From Microcystaceae cyanobacterium (GTDB lineage: Bacteria; Cyanobacteriota; Cyanobacteriia; Cyanobacteriales; Microcystaceae), in contig JBGTGT010000121.1 of the NCBI GenBank assembly GCA_041746575.1, forward strand, positions 32,001 through 96,000: a stretch of DNA of 64,000 nt, written 5' to 3'. Shown one piece after another: positions 40,436 through 51,042 of the stretch. The notes beneath the pieces are model-generated. The model was not told the DNA's origin. It was given only the letters and a program-made list of their open reading frames with translations, and did no database searches. Position 1 is the first letter of the stretch; each line of letters opens with the position of its first letter. Made by a program: the position numbers and the translations under genes.

Positions 40436-42256
40436 ATGACGAATTCTTTTCGTAAATCATCCTCCTCGCACTCTCGTTCTTCGGCTTCTCGCAGAGGACG
40501 GGATAAACAACGGTTGACCTCACCGTCTAGAAGATTCCGTTCCTCCCAAAATCGACGGAAACCGACCCCTTTACCGACACTACGACTATTAATAGTATGG
40601 GGTGCCTTAGCGGCGGCCATGGTCGGATTAGGTTGGCAAGCCTATCAATTACAAATCGTACAGGGAGATATCTTAAAAAAGAAAGCCCAATCTCAACAAA
40701 CCACTACCTTGCGTCCTTTTATTCCCCGACGCTCCATTATTGATCGTCAAGGGAATGTCGTTGCAGTCGATAAAGTGGTTTATAGTCTTTTTGTTCATCC
40801 TAAGTTATTCAAAATTTCTCAAGAAGACATGGCGGCTCGATTAGTACCCTTATTGAAAGATAGCTCTCCTGATCAGCTGATTAAACGATTTAAACAACAA
40901 GCGTCAGGTATTCGTATCGCTTATGCCTTAACCGAAGCAGAAGCCAATAATATTAAAGCCCTGTCTTTAGATGGGTTAGAATTAATTGAACATTACGCTC
41001 GCATTTATCCTCAGAAAACAACGGTCGCAGATGTAGTTGGATATGTGGATCAAGATCGTCTGCCTCAGGCGGGCATCGAACGCAGTCAAACGAATCTCTT
41101 AGAACGTGAAGCGAAAAATTTAATAATCCGACGGTCGGGAAATGGCACCATTATGCCTGCCTATTTACCCAATGACTTGATTAAATCTAATGATTGGCGG
41201 TTAAAGCTGACTCTCGATCTTAGACTACAGCGAGCAGCCCGTAACGCTTTGAAGCAACAATTAGCAAAGTATAAGGCCAAGAAAGGGGCAGTCATCGTGA
41301 TGGATGCCACAGATGGGTCGTTATTGGCCTTAGTCTGTGAACCGACCTACGATCCCAATGAATACTATAAAGCAGATGTGTCTTTGTTTAAAAATTGGAC
41401 GGTGAGTGATCTTTATGAACCGGGTTCGACATTTAAGCCGATCAATATTGCGATCGCATTAGATACGAAGACCGTTACACCTAATACCATTGTCAATGAT
41501 TCGGGATCGGTCACGGTGGATGGTTGGGATATCTTAAACGCCAGTAAAAAAGGCTATGGAGCAATTAATATTACCAAAGTTCTGCAAACCTCTAGCAATG
41601 TGGGCATGGTTCAAGTGATGCGCCGTTTAGCTAAAAAAGATTATTATCAATGGTTGCGCAAATTAGGCTTAGGGCAAAAAACGGGAATCGATTTACCGGG
41701 AGAAGCGGCAGGACATCTCAAAAGTGAGGAAATTTTTACAGAACGAGCCATTGAAGCGGCAACAGCTTCCTTCGGTCAAGGTTTTTCGCTGACACCGATT
41801 AAATTGGTTCAATTACACGGTGCCTTAGCCAATGGGGGCAAATTAGTCACCCCCCATCTGACGGCTGGATTGGTGGACGGAGAGGGCAATCTTCATTGGC
41901 AACCGGATTATCCCGTCAAACAGATATTTTCGGCGGAAAATAGTCGGGAAGTCACTCTTATGATGGAAAAAGTCGTCAGCGAAGGCACAGGGGAACCCGC
42001 CAAGATTGCTGGTTATCGGATTGGAGGAAAAACAGGAACAGCGCAAAAAGCCGCCCCAAGGGGAGGATATTTAACGAATGCTAAAATCACAAGCTTTGTA
42101 TCCGTTTTACCCATTGAAAATCCTCGTTATGTGGTGTTAGCAGTGGTAGATGAGCCGAAAGGGGATAATACGTTTGGGTCGACTGTAGCCGCCCCTATTG
42201 CGAAACAGGTCATGGAAGCGTTAATTTCTTTACAAGGGATTCCCCCATCTCAGTAA
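40436..42256 (+). CDS. ftsI: Class B penicillin-binding protein (FtsI-like)
   Basis: R..I.DR.G, EPGSTFK (SxxK), SSN and KTGT motifs. Start placed at ATG 40436. Confidence 0.85.
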   Translation: MTNSFRKSSSSHSRSSASRRGRDKQRLTSPSRRFRSSQNRRKPTPLPTLRLLIVWGALAAAMVGLGWQAYQLQIVQGDILKKKAQSQQTTTLRPFIPRRSIIDRQGNVVAVDKVVYSLFVHPKLFKISQEDMAARLVPLLKDSSPDQLIKRFKQQASGIRIAYALTEAEANNIKALSLDGLELIEHYARIYPQKTTVADVVGYVDQDRLPQAGIERSQTNLLEREAKNLIIRRSGNGTIMPAYLPNDLIKSNDWRLKLTLDLRLQRAARNALKQQLAKYKAKKGAVIVMDATDGSLLALVCEPTYDPNEYYKADVSLFKNWTVSDLYEPGSTFKPINIAIALDTKTVTPNTIVNDSGSVTVDGWDILNASKKGYGAINITKVLQTSSNVGMVQVMRRLAKKDYYQWLRKLGLGQKTGIDLPGEAAGHLKSEEIFTERAIEAATASFGQGFSLTPIKLVQLHGALANGGKLVTPHLTAGLVDGEGNLHWQPDYPVKQIFSAENSREVTLMMEKVVSEGTGEPAKIAGYRIGGKTGTAQKAAPRGGYLTNAKITSFVSVLPIENPRYVVLAVVDEPKGDNTFGSTVAAPIAKQVMEALISLQGIPPSQ

Positions 42257-42402
42257 TCAGCCATCACATTCCCCATCCCATCTGTTTTTAAAAGTAGAGT
42301 AGGGGTTGCCTTTCGTCACGCAACTTAAGTTAACCGAATGGCGTCGTAATGAAGTGGCAATTCTTAAATTGAGCCGTGTCTTGCAAGTGGATTCTTTGTC
42401 CT

Positions 42403-43524
42403 ATGAAGCGTACTCCCCTACACTTTTATTTAAGCATATTTCTAGGATTATTAAGTCCATTCAGTGCTAATCCGGTTAAAGCTGTGACCTTTGAGCAGCA
42501 GGAAGTGAATCAATCTGATTTTATTGCCATCGCTCGTCCTTACGGTCAAAATAAATATGATTTGTTAATCTTGCAACAAATTCCGGGGCAACGACAATGT
42601 TGGCAAGAAATGACAGGAAATCCCACCTTAGTTGAACCTTTACTCTTAAATTTCGACTTTACAGGCAATTGTGAACGTAGTACGGACAGTAACGGCTATT
42701 CGATTCGGATCGATCAGCAAGATTATGGCTTAAATTATCTTTTAAGATTAGTGGAACGTAACGGGGAATTAGTCTTAGTCGGAGCGCATCGCAGTAACGC
42801 GAATCAACCTGAAATTATTGTGGGCAGAACCCACGGTTTGAGTCAAGGATTTTTAAAAATACACCTTGAGCCGGGATGGCGATTTACCAAACGGTCTTAT
42901 CAAGGTCAAGTCTTAGGCCACGTCTATTTAACGGGGGATAGTTCTGCTTTACGTTCGCCCAATCCCGCTTCATCCTCAGTGAGCGTCACCCCAGATGAGA
43001 CGGACTCTAATTCTAATGGCGATGCTGTTAGAGAATTAACCTTCACAGCCAATGGAAAACCAGAAAGGGCTCCTTCACCTGTTCTTCCTTCTTCTCCTCC
43101 TGTCTTACCTACTATAGCCCCCTCTCCTTCCCCTGGGGAGACGACTTTATCCCCTCCAACGCCCTCATCCGCTCCTACTTTTTCCGAGTTGCCCCCTTTG
43201 CCTGTTCCGCCACAAGTCAATCAAAGTACGATCATCCCTCCTCCTGATCCTAGTAATGCCAATCGTTCTAGCTTATCTCAAGTGATGACGGGTCTCTCAC
43301 GACCCCAAGGGGGAACCTCCGAGGTGACGGGATATCGAGTTCTGGTGAATGCCAGCACGAATAATCAACGAACACAGGTAAAAAACCTTTATCCTGACGC
43401 ATTTCCTACCCGTTATCAAGGGCGATCGCTGTGGCAAATTGGTCTTTTTAGCACTCGTGAAAATGCTGAAAAAGCCTTAGCAGATTTTAAAAATCAAGGA
43501 ATTAGCGGACTTATTATTCCTTAA
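42403..43524 (+). CDS. DUF3747 domain protein with Pro-rich linker and SPOR-like C-terminus
   Basis: PLLLNFDFTG.C.RSTDSNGYS motif; C-terminal Q.G.FS.RENA. Confidence 0.8.
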   Translation: MKRTPLHFYLSIFLGLLSPFSANPVKAVTFEQQEVNQSDFIAIARPYGQNKYDLLILQQIPGQRQCWQEMTGNPTLVEPLLLNFDFTGNCERSTDSNGYSIRIDQQDYGLNYLLRLVERNGELVLVGAHRSNANQPEIIVGRTHGLSQGFLKIHLEPGWRFTKRSYQGQVLGHVYLTGDSSALRSPNPASSSVSVTPDETDSNSNGDAVRELTFTANGKPERAPSPVLPSSPPVLPTIAPSPSPGETTLSPPTPSSAPTFSELPPLPVPPQVNQSTIIPPPDPSNANRSSLSQVMTGLSRPQGGTSEVTGYRVLVNASTNNQRTQVKNLYPDAFPTRYQGRSLWQIGLFSTRENAEKALADFKNQGISGLIIP

Positions 43525-43635
43525 ATCCCAGAAATCAAAAACAGAGAACGGTTAGCAAAAAAAGAAAATCAAGATTTAATGTTTGATCGTCATTTTCTTT
43601 GAGCCCCTTGTCCTCTGTCTCGTCTGAAAGGCTTG

Positions 43636-44328
43636 TTAAAAACGAATTTCCCGTGTCGGTTGACCGGCAGAAGGGATCCGAATATAGCTGGGATTTTGCA
43701 GCACAGAGGTATTGAAAGGATTGGGTAAATCTCTGGTGCGAATCAGCGTGTGATCCATTTGTTGATTCATGGCATCTTGATAAATCGTTCCCACTAATTC
43801 CCCATCATTGGCGATCATTCTATCCATAAAAGAATTTTCCCAATTGCGCCAGCCAAAGATTAAATTGGCTTGACCGGAAAGATTGGTAAGTCCAAAAAAA
43901 TTGCCTGTATCATTGAAAAATGCTCGTCGAATCATATCGTTGGTGGAAATACCGACTGGTTCATTCCCTTGGGGGGCAGGTTGAATGACCGTATTGCCCT
44001 TTTGAGACAAACGATTTTCCAAAGCTTCCAGACAGGAATTGAGGCCGGCTGCAAACTCATCACGGGTTAAAGCCCGATTGCCGCGATAGGTTCGATCCGG
44101 ATAACCCTCAATACAGCCATAATCTTCTACTAGGTTTTTTAACGCTTGAAATGACCAGTCATTAGGGGAAACGTCTCGCAGTTGGTTTACGCTATTAACT
44201 TGAGCGAGAGAGGGTTGATACGGTTGCAGGGGAGACTCATCGGCTGCTGCGCCAGCAGTCATGAGCAGCGCTAATCCAAAGGTTAGGGAATTAACCTGAG
44301 AAAATTGCCCAATAGATTTAGAAATCAT
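43636..44328 (-). CDS. SLH-domain exported protein (porin-type N-terminus without a barrel)
   Basis: QVNSVNQLRDV.P.DW.FQAL..LVE.YGCI.GYPD.TYRGNRALTR.EFAAGLNSC. GAGGAG RBS precedes ATG 44328. Confidence 0.8.
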   Translation of the reverse strand: MISKSIGQFSQVNSLTFGLALLMTAGAAADESPLQPYQPSLAQVNSVNQLRDVSPNDWSFQALKNLVEDYGCIEGYPDRTYRGNRALTRDEFAAGLNSCLEALENRLSQKGNTVIQPAPQGNEPVGISTNDMIRRAFFNDTGNFFGLTNLSGQANLIFGWRNWENSFMDRMIANDGELVGTIYQDAMNQQMDHTLIRTRDLPNPFNTSVLQNPSYIRIPSAGQPTREIRF

Positions 44329-44503
44329 TAATAACTCCTCACAAAAGAGATTTCTTGAGAATTTGAAGCAGTTCGAGGTGGACAATATGCTTAAATAGAT
44401 CCTAAGCGTGATTTCACCCCTGCTAAAGCAGAGATTTTAGCTAAATTTTAACTGAAATTTCGCAACGAGAACAGCTATTTTTACCCTTCGTATTAATTTC
44501 GTC

Positions 44504-45118
44504 ATGACCCTGACCCCTTCGTCTCCGACCTTTGAACTGGCTACGGCAGATTTGACCCTTTTGAAAGCCTATTTATTGCACCTTTTAGTGACTTTAGCTT
44601 ACAAAGAAGGAGAATTCACCCTCTCATCAGGACAGAACAGTTCTTACTATATTAATGGTAAACAAGTGACCCTCACTGCCCAAGGAGCATTAACGCTCGG
44701 ACGATTGATTTTATCCCTCCTGCCGCCGGACACCGATGCTGTAGCCGGATTAACCTTAGGGGCAGATCCCATGGTAACCGCCGTTAGTGTAGTGTCTGCC
44801 TATGAAAATTGCCCAATTCCCGCCTTAATTATCCGTAAAGAAGCCAAAAGCCACGGAACAAGAGCTTATATTGAAGGGCCGAGTTTACCTGAGCAAGCGA
44901 AGGTCGTTGTTTTAGAAGATGTTGTCACTACTGGACACTCTGCGCTGTTAGCGGTTGAACGCCTTAAACAGGCAGGATATCAAGTTAAACAAATTATTGC
45001 GTTAGTAGATCGAGAACAAGGAGGAAAAGCGTTTTATAATGCTAAAAATCTTGATTTTAAGGCTATTTTCTCTATTCAAGATCTACAGTCTGCCTATGCC
45101 AACCCCAATAAAGATTAA
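44504..45118 (+). CDS. pyrE: Orotate phosphoribosyltransferase
   Basis: FTLSSG.SSYY, IRKEAK.HG and VLEDVVTTG motifs. Confidence 0.95.
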   Translation: MTLTPSSPTFELATADLTLLKAYLLHLLVTLAYKEGEFTLSSGQNSSYYINGKQVTLTAQGALTLGRLILSLLPPDTDAVAGLTLGADPMVTAVSVVSAYENCPIPALIIRKEAKSHGTRAYIEGPSLPEQAKVVVLEDVVTTGHSALLAVERLKQAGYQVKQIIALVDREQGGKAFYNAKNLDFKAIFSIQDLQSAYANPNKD

Positions 45119-45320
45119 TTTTGCAAGAACTTTACGTCCATTTACCGATCATCCGTAATAAAATAGACAGAAATTTCTTGATTGTTTCGCTTTTAATCCA
45201 AATACCTGATCCATGGCACTTTTTGCCCGTTATCAGGAACAGATTAGGGGTCAGTGTAGATCCTATCTCTTAATAAAGTGTATTATGCTATTGCCTAAAT
45301 GGGTGTGAGGAGTCAACGAA

Positions 45321-46133
45321 ATGCAATTGCGCGAAAGTGCTTTAAATGTTCTTAAAGAAACCAGCCGAACCTTCTATATTCCGATTAGTCGTTTACCTGA
45401 TCAATTACAGGAAGCGGTAGCAGCAGCTTACCTCTGTATGCGAGCGATTGATGAAGTAGAAGATCACCAAAACCTTGATAATTTTACTAAAGCCAAGATT
45501 TTACGCAAAATTAGCTTAAATCTACAATCAGGAACCCATACTTCCCGTCCTGATGATTTCGTTAAAGGGCTAGCTCTCTATCAGCCTTTTTTACCAGAAG
45601 TCACCCTCAGAATCGGAGAATGGGCATTATTAGCTCCTAGCTCAATCTCTCCTCGGATTTGGGAAGCCACCGCCACGATGGCTGATCGCATGGCTTACTG
45701 GGCGGAAAATAACTGGGAGATCAACACCGAACGGGATTTAGATCAATATACCTTTAGCGTTGCTGGATCGGTGGGTTTACTTTTATCCGATTTATGGGCG
45801 TGGTATGATGGTACCCAGACAGATCGTTTAGATGCGATCGGTTTTGGTCGAGGGTTACAGGCAGTGAATATTGCCCGTAATTATCGGGATGATTTACGTA
45901 GAGGCGTGAGTTTTTTCCCAAAAGGATGGGTTTCCTCTGACGTTCATAATTATGCTCGACGCAACCTTGCTTTAGCGGATCGATATACTCAATCTTTACC
46001 CCCTGGGCCAGCTTTAGATTTCTGTCGTATTCCTCTTGCTTTAGCCCACGGCACGATACAAGTCTTAGCCTTAGGCAAAGAAAAACTAAGTCGTCGCGAC
46101 GTCATGGCTTTAGTTGAACAAGTGAGCCATTAA
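45321..46133 (+). CDS. Squalene/phytoene synthase family protein, likely squalene synthase
   Basis: TSRTF, AYLCMRAIDEVED, DLDQYT..VAG.VG and GLQAVNI.R motifs. Confidence 0.85.
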   Translation: MQLRESALNVLKETSRTFYIPISRLPDQLQEAVAAAYLCMRAIDEVEDHQNLDNFTKAKILRKISLNLQSGTHTSRPDDFVKGLALYQPFLPEVTLRIGEWALLAPSSISPRIWEATATMADRMAYWAENNWEINTERDLDQYTFSVAGSVGLLLSDLWAWYDGTQTDRLDAIGFGRGLQAVNIARNYRDDLRRGVSFFPKGWVSSDVHNYARRNLALADRYTQSLPPGPALDFCRIPLALAHGTIQVLALGKEKLSRRDVMALVEQVSH

Positions 46134-46163
46134 ATCCCTTAAAATAAGCATCTGTGCTTGTTC

Positions 46164-46202
46164 AAAATCCTTAATCCGTTCAGCTCAGAGATTAAGGATT
46201 TT
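46164..46202. terminator. Bidirectional terminator candidate between convergent genes
   Basis: Perfect 13-bp stem AAAATCCTTAATC / GATTAAGGATTTT. Confidence 0.7.
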
Positions 46203-46228
46203 ACCGGATCGCAACGACAGATGAAATT

Positions 46229-47062
46229 TTAGCTCAACCAAATTCTGGGGTAAATTCCAGCCCATTGTAGCTGAATTCTTCTTAATAAATGCCAAATCTG
46301 CACAAACCAGTGACGTGCCTCTGCCGTCGAATGACCTCTATAGCGACAAATAACCCCATCCCCTAACGATTGGGTGACTCCCACTTGACCTTTACCGTCT
46401 AAATTGCGCCATAGTTCTCGAATTTGCTCTATTGTTTGAGAATTGACTGATTTTCCCAAATAAATGAAGCTACCGGCTACAGCGCATCCCTTTAAGCTAT
46501 TGGCAGAATGAATAAACTCGCCCCCTGTTAAGTGTTGACGATCAATCCATAAGGGGTGTCCATTTTGGCGAATTTCTGTCTGCGATCGCCACTCTCCTGC
46601 GGTAAATTGTTCGCCTCTTGCGGTTCGTCCAAAGCGGGTGATCTCCCAACTAAAAAGGGTCGCAGTCGGAGCTAAATTGACCTGTAAAGATTGTTGATAG
46701 TTTGCTTGGTTAAAAATAATATTTTCTTGGGGAAACCATTCTAAAACGGCATTTTCTGCGAGATCAAGAACAATCGTTTGTTGGGTGGGTTGATCGTTAC
46801 TACCGTAAATTTTACTCGCGGCGGCGGTGGTGAGTAACGCTTTGGCATGGGGTTTCAGGTAAATCTGCTGGGCAAGGCGATCGCCCCCTACCATTCCCCC
46901 AGCGGTGTGTAAAATAATGCTATGGCAAATTTCTTTATCTTCAGGATAAAATGGTCGTTGAATTTTTAGAGGAGCTTGACTATATTGATCGGTAATTAAG
47001 GTTTGCTGATTGTGATAGGTATAAGTTAAATTTAAGTGACCTTGCCATCCCATTTGTGTCAT
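46229..47062 (-). CDS. ureD: Urease accessory protein UreD
   Basis: APLKIQRPFYPE, HTAGGMVGGD, TT.AASKIY, EW.PQE.I and GRTARGE.F motifs. Confidence 0.93.
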   Translation of the reverse strand: MTQMGWQGHLNLTYTYHNQQTLITDQYSQAPLKIQRPFYPEDKEICHSIILHTAGGMVGGDRLAQQIYLKPHAKALLTTAAASKIYGSNDQPTQQTIVLDLAENAVLEWFPQENIIFNQANYQQSLQVNLAPTATLFSWEITRFGRTARGEQFTAGEWRSQTEIRQNGHPLWIDRQHLTGGEFIHSANSLKGCAVAGSFIYLGKSVNSQTIEQIRELWRNLDGKGQVGVTQSLGDGVICRYRGHSTAEARHWFVQIWHLLRRIQLQWAGIYPRIWLS

Positions 47063-47083
47063 GAAAAAACTAAAAGTAAAGAT

Positions 47084-47518
47084 TTATTTTTCAGAAGGAA
47101 TTCGCTCAACTCTAAAGTTTTCAATATTGTCTTCATAGCGACCAAAAATGACTTTAATGGCATTATAACTAATCGCTGTCGAAACGCCACGGGGTTCGGG
47201 GCATTCCACTTTTAAAAGACTTTGAAACCCCGTTTCATCAATATAGAACTTTTTTGAACAAAGAGGACTAATAAAGCCTTCAATGGCCAATTGGTTGAGG
47301 GCGGCTATCCCTAATGGACTATTAAGAATATATTGCCATGTTTGGTTTTCTTGTTCAGTGGTCATTGGTTGCCATGAAGGAGATTCAGCAAATGCGGTTG
47401 CAGAAAAAGTGATTATTCCTAATAGAAAACTCACCTGAAAAGCGATCCTTTTGCGTTGCTTATTTAACAGGGTGTGACTCATTGTAGATTGTGCTTGTTG
47501 TACATTGAAACGGCTCAA
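47084..47518 (-). CDS. Exported hypothetical protein
   Basis: Signal peptide (SATAFA) and SPLGIAALNQLAIEGF segment; start uncertain. Confidence 0.65.
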   Translation of the reverse strand: MSRFNVQQAQSTMSHTLLNKQRKRIAFQVSFLLGIITFSATAFAESPSWQPMTTEQENQTWQYILNSPLGIAALNQLAIEGFISPLCSKKFYIDETGFQSLLKVECPEPRGVSTAISYNAIKVIFGRYEDNIENFRVERIPSEK

Positions 47519-47548
47519 TTGTCATTCTCTCCTAGCGTATTCGCCCAA

Positions 47549-48589
47549 TTATTGAACGGTTTTTGCTAACTTTCTAACGGTCTGGTAAATTTCAGGCAGA
47601 CGCTTATAGGCCGCCGCAACTTTGAGAAATAACGCGTGAGACATCGCTGGGATGCCGGAAACCACTTCCCCTGCGGGAATATCATTGTGAATACCCGCTT
47701 TCGCCGATGCGATCGCCCCATCACCGATTTTGGCTTGGTTAGCAATGCCGACTTGTCCAGCTAAAATCACCCGATTGCCGACGGTAACTCCCCCTGCAAG
47801 CCCGACTTGTCCAGCTAAGGCACAGTTTTCGCCGATTTGACAGCCATGTCCGATATGAACGAGGTTATCCAGTTTGGTTTGGCGACGAATAAGGGTTTCT
47901 CCGACGGCTGGGCGATCAACTGCACTATTACAGCCAATTTCAACCCCATCTTCGAGAATAACGTAACCGGATTGTTCCATTTTGAACCATCCTTCGGGAA
48001 TCGGCACAAAACCAAAGCCTTCTGATCCAATCACTGCCCCACTGTGGACGACGCAATCTTGGCCAATTTGACTGCGCTCGTGGATAGTACAATTAGCGTG
48101 AAGAGTGGTGCGATCGCCAATGACTACATCGGGATAAATCACAACATTGGGATGAATACAGACATTATCACCGATTTTAGCCCCAGACTGAATCACTACA
48201 TTTGCGCCAATTGCAATATCTTTTCCTAACATCACAGAAGGCTCAATCACCGCAGAAGAATGAATGCCGTTACTGAGACGAAAGGGTTGATAAAATAATT
48301 TAATCACATGAGCAAAGGCCAAACGCGGCTGTTCAGTGGACAGCCAACTAATGCCCAAATCCGTCGCTTTTGAGGTTAATATATTGTTTACTGGCAAAAT
48401 TAGAGCAGAAGCTTCAGTTTTATCCATCATCTTACCAAACTTGCCCCCTTCAATGTAACTGATGCTATTAGGGATGGTTTGATCAATGGCTGTAATGCCG
48501 GTAATATCGGGATCATGGTTGGGGACATCCGTTAAACTAGCAGAATGGACAAGAGGCTGAAGATTTGCGACAATTTTACTAAATTTCAT
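47549..48589 (-). CDS. lpxD: UDP-3-O-acyl-glucosamine N-acyltransferase
   Basis: Hexapeptide repeats; IGSEGFGF, KLDNLVHIGH and LAGQVG motifs. Confidence 0.95.
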   Translation of the reverse strand: MKFSKIVANLQPLVHSASLTDVPNHDPDITGITAIDQTIPNSISYIEGGKFGKMMDKTEASALILPVNNILTSKATDLGISWLSTEQPRLAFAHVIKLFYQPFRLSNGIHSSAVIEPSVMLGKDIAIGANVVIQSGAKIGDNVCIHPNVVIYPDVVIGDRTTLHANCTIHERSQIGQDCVVHSGAVIGSEGFGFVPIPEGWFKMEQSGYVILEDGVEIGCNSAVDRPAVGETLIRRQTKLDNLVHIGHGCQIGENCALAGQVGLAGGVTVGNRVILAGQVGIANQAKIGDGAIASAKAGIHNDIPAGEVVSGIPAMSHALFLKVAAAYKRLPEIYQTVRKLAKTVQ

Positions 48590-48777
48590 GACAATTTTTT
48601 ACCATTCGTTGATGAATACTATACAAGGAAAATGACCTCAACAACTTTAAACATCAATAGCCAATTAAAGGGGTTCAACTCGCAAACGGGGGGAACTTTT
48701 TCGGACGAGAGCGATTCTATCTTAGATAGCCTAAACATAGGCGTTAGGCGGGGTAAATTCATGTCTGAGAGGAAAGA

Positions 48778-50250
48778 ATGACTCATAGTGCTAAAAAACT
48801 GACCTTAACCCCTCAAGTAAAGTCAAAAATTAGGGTTTATCAACCCAATAAAACAACGGTTACTTCAGCTTTTCCGAGTGAATCCCCCATTCCCGTGTCT
48901 TTGCGTCCCAAACTGCCTAAAAAAGCCATTCAGTGCAATTCTAAGCGATTTTCTCCCATTTATAAAGGCTTTGTTTGGGGGGTGGTTGTGGGAGCAACGG
49001 CCTTAGCGTCGGCGATTTTCGGTGCCACAGTAGCATCTATTAATCCTGTCGTTAAGCAATTGCCAATTTTAGGACAAAATCTGGCGACAATATCCCATTT
49101 TTCTTTGTTACCCCGTCCTCTTGATCGTCCTGTTCATGTTTTAGTTTTAGGAATTGATCGGGTGTTAGATGCCCCAAAAGGAAGTCCGAAAGCGTTAGAC
49201 GGACGTAGTGATACAATCCTTTTATTGAGATTTGATCCGGCTGATCAATCGCTTAAAATGCTGTCTATTCCCAGAGATAGTCGGGTAGAAATTCCGGGGG
49301 TAGGATACAAGAAAATTAATGATGCCAATGTGGTGGGAGGAGTCAGTTTAGCGACGAAAGTGGTGAGTCAAACCCTAGGTGATGTGCCGATTGATCGGTA
49401 TATACGAGTGACAACGGATGTATTTGTAGAGTTGGTTGATTTATTGGGTGGGGTAGATATTTTTGTGCCTCAGGATATGAACTATCGAGATCAAACGCAA
49501 AATTTAGAAATTGACTTAAAAAAAGGCTGGCAAGCTTTAAATGGTCAGCAAGCAGAACAATTTGCTCGTTTTCGCAATTCTCAACAGGGAGATATTGGAC
49601 GAGTTCAACGACAGCAGATGTTACTGAAAGCCATACAAAGGAAGGCAGTTAGTCCGCTCTTTTTGCCCAAATTACCGCAAGCCATTGAAATTTTGCAAAA
49701 AAGTATGGATACCAATCTCAGTAATGAGGAAATTATCTGTTTAGCCAATTTTGGTCGAGAAATTCCCAAAGAAAATCTAAAAATGGTGTTATTGCCTGGC
49801 CGTTTTAGTCAGCCCCACGAATATGATGGTCTGAGTTATTGGGATATTTCAGGAGAAAAAAACAACATTAAGCAAATTATGGCAAATTATTTTGACAATG
49901 AACCCCAAAGTGCTACTTTGTCCGAAAAATCTCCTCATAACCTACGAATTGCTTTACAAAATGCTAGCGATGATCCCCATCTCGCTAGACAAGTGAAGCG
50001 TCGTTTGATTGAACAAAACTTTAATCATGTGTTTGTGATTCAAGATTCTTTACAAGTTTTAGCGGAAACGGAAGTGGTCGTGCAAAAGGGGGATTTAATG
50101 GGGGCGCAACAGTTGCAAAGCCAGTTAGGAATCGGTAAAGTAGAAGCATCATCAACGGGTGACCTAGATTCCGATATTACGATTCGCATCGGTTTGGATG
50201 CCAAACGCTTGAATGGGAGTGAGGGTTTTCTAAAGTCAGCTCATCGCTAA
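48778..50250 (+). CDS. LCP (LytR-CpsA-Psr) family protein with LytR_C domain
   Basis: LVLGID, RSDT, LSIPRD, KINDA, RFR and DIGRVQRQ motifs. Confidence 0.92.
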   Translation: MTHSAKKLTLTPQVKSKIRVYQPNKTTVTSAFPSESPIPVSLRPKLPKKAIQCNSKRFSPIYKGFVWGVVVGATALASAIFGATVASINPVVKQLPILGQNLATISHFSLLPRPLDRPVHVLVLGIDRVLDAPKGSPKALDGRSDTILLLRFDPADQSLKMLSIPRDSRVEIPGVGYKKINDANVVGGVSLATKVVSQTLGDVPIDRYIRVTTDVFVELVDLLGGVDIFVPQDMNYRDQTQNLEIDLKKGWQALNGQQAEQFARFRNSQQGDIGRVQRQQMLLKAIQRKAVSPLFLPKLPQAIEILQKSMDTNLSNEEIICLANFGREIPKENLKMVLLPGRFSQPHEYDGLSYWDISGEKNNIKQIMANYFDNEPQSATLSEKSPHNLRIALQNASDDPHLARQVKRRLIEQNFNHVFVIQDSLQVLAETEVVVQKGDLMGAQQLQSQLGIGKVEASSTGDLDSDITIRIGLDAKRLNGSEGFLKSAHR

Positions 50251-50301
50251 ATCGTTAAGAAAAAACGGTTTTCTCAGTGAAATTGATTGTATTCTTGATT
50301 T

Positions 50302-50847
50302 ATGGGCATAAATCTAATGATTAAAACCCTTCTGCAACGCTTTTGGACGCTTATCGTGATTCTTTTCCTAGCGATCGCTTGGGTTCTACTGGATGCCTCA
50401 GTGGCGATTGCTCAAGAGAAAACGGTAAATCATACCTATGGAGAATTGCGACAGGCGGATTTTTCTCACCAAGATTTGTTTGGGGGGGTTTTTGCCGCAG
50501 CAGATATGCGAGAAGCAAATTTTGAAGGATCTGACCTTTCTTATGCCATTATGACGCAAGGGGTACTATTAAATGCTAATTTACGAGATGTTAATTTCAC
50601 GGGAGCGTTAATCGACCGAGTCACCTTTGATTTTGCGGATTTAACCAATGCAATTTTAACCGATGCGATCGCTACTCGGACACGGTTTTATGATGCCATT
50701 ATTACAGGTGCAGATTTTAGCAATGCGGTGATTGATGGCTATCAAGTAGCGTTAATGTGTAAGTATGCAGATGGGGTAAATTCGGCAACAGGGGTATCTA
50801 CAAGAGAGAGTTTAGGGTGTCGGGAAACCGCTTCTTCAAATCCCTAA
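50302..50847 (+). CDS. Pentapeptide repeat protein, exported/lumenal
   Basis: A(D/N)(F/L)xx repeats, signal peptide, C-terminal [15 protein letters not shown]. Confidence 0.9.
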   Translation: MGINLMIKTLLQRFWTLIVILFLAIAWVLLDASVAIAQEKTVNHTYGELRQADFSHQDLFGGVFAAADMREANFEGSDLSYAIMTQGVLLNANLRDVNFTGALIDRVTFDFADLTNAILTDAIATRTRFYDAIITGADFSNAVIDGYQVALMCKYADGVNSATGVSTRESLGCRETASSNP

Positions 50848-51042
50848 AAATGCTCTAAAAAAAAGTTTTATTTGTTTTAAACTCGAGCAAGCGATCACCT
50901 TACCTTTTGTAATTACTGCTCTCGTCATTCTTGTTAAAATTTAGTGACTTATTTTAATTATAAGCAACTTTTTCTAAAATTAGTTAATAGTTGAGTCATA
51001 GGAGTTTCCACTCTAGTTCTACTCCTTTGATGGAAGACTAAC

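Noticed and set aside
42960..43260. C/T-rich low-complexity stretch as a DNA repeat
   Set aside because: It is explained by a Pro/Ser-rich protein linker.
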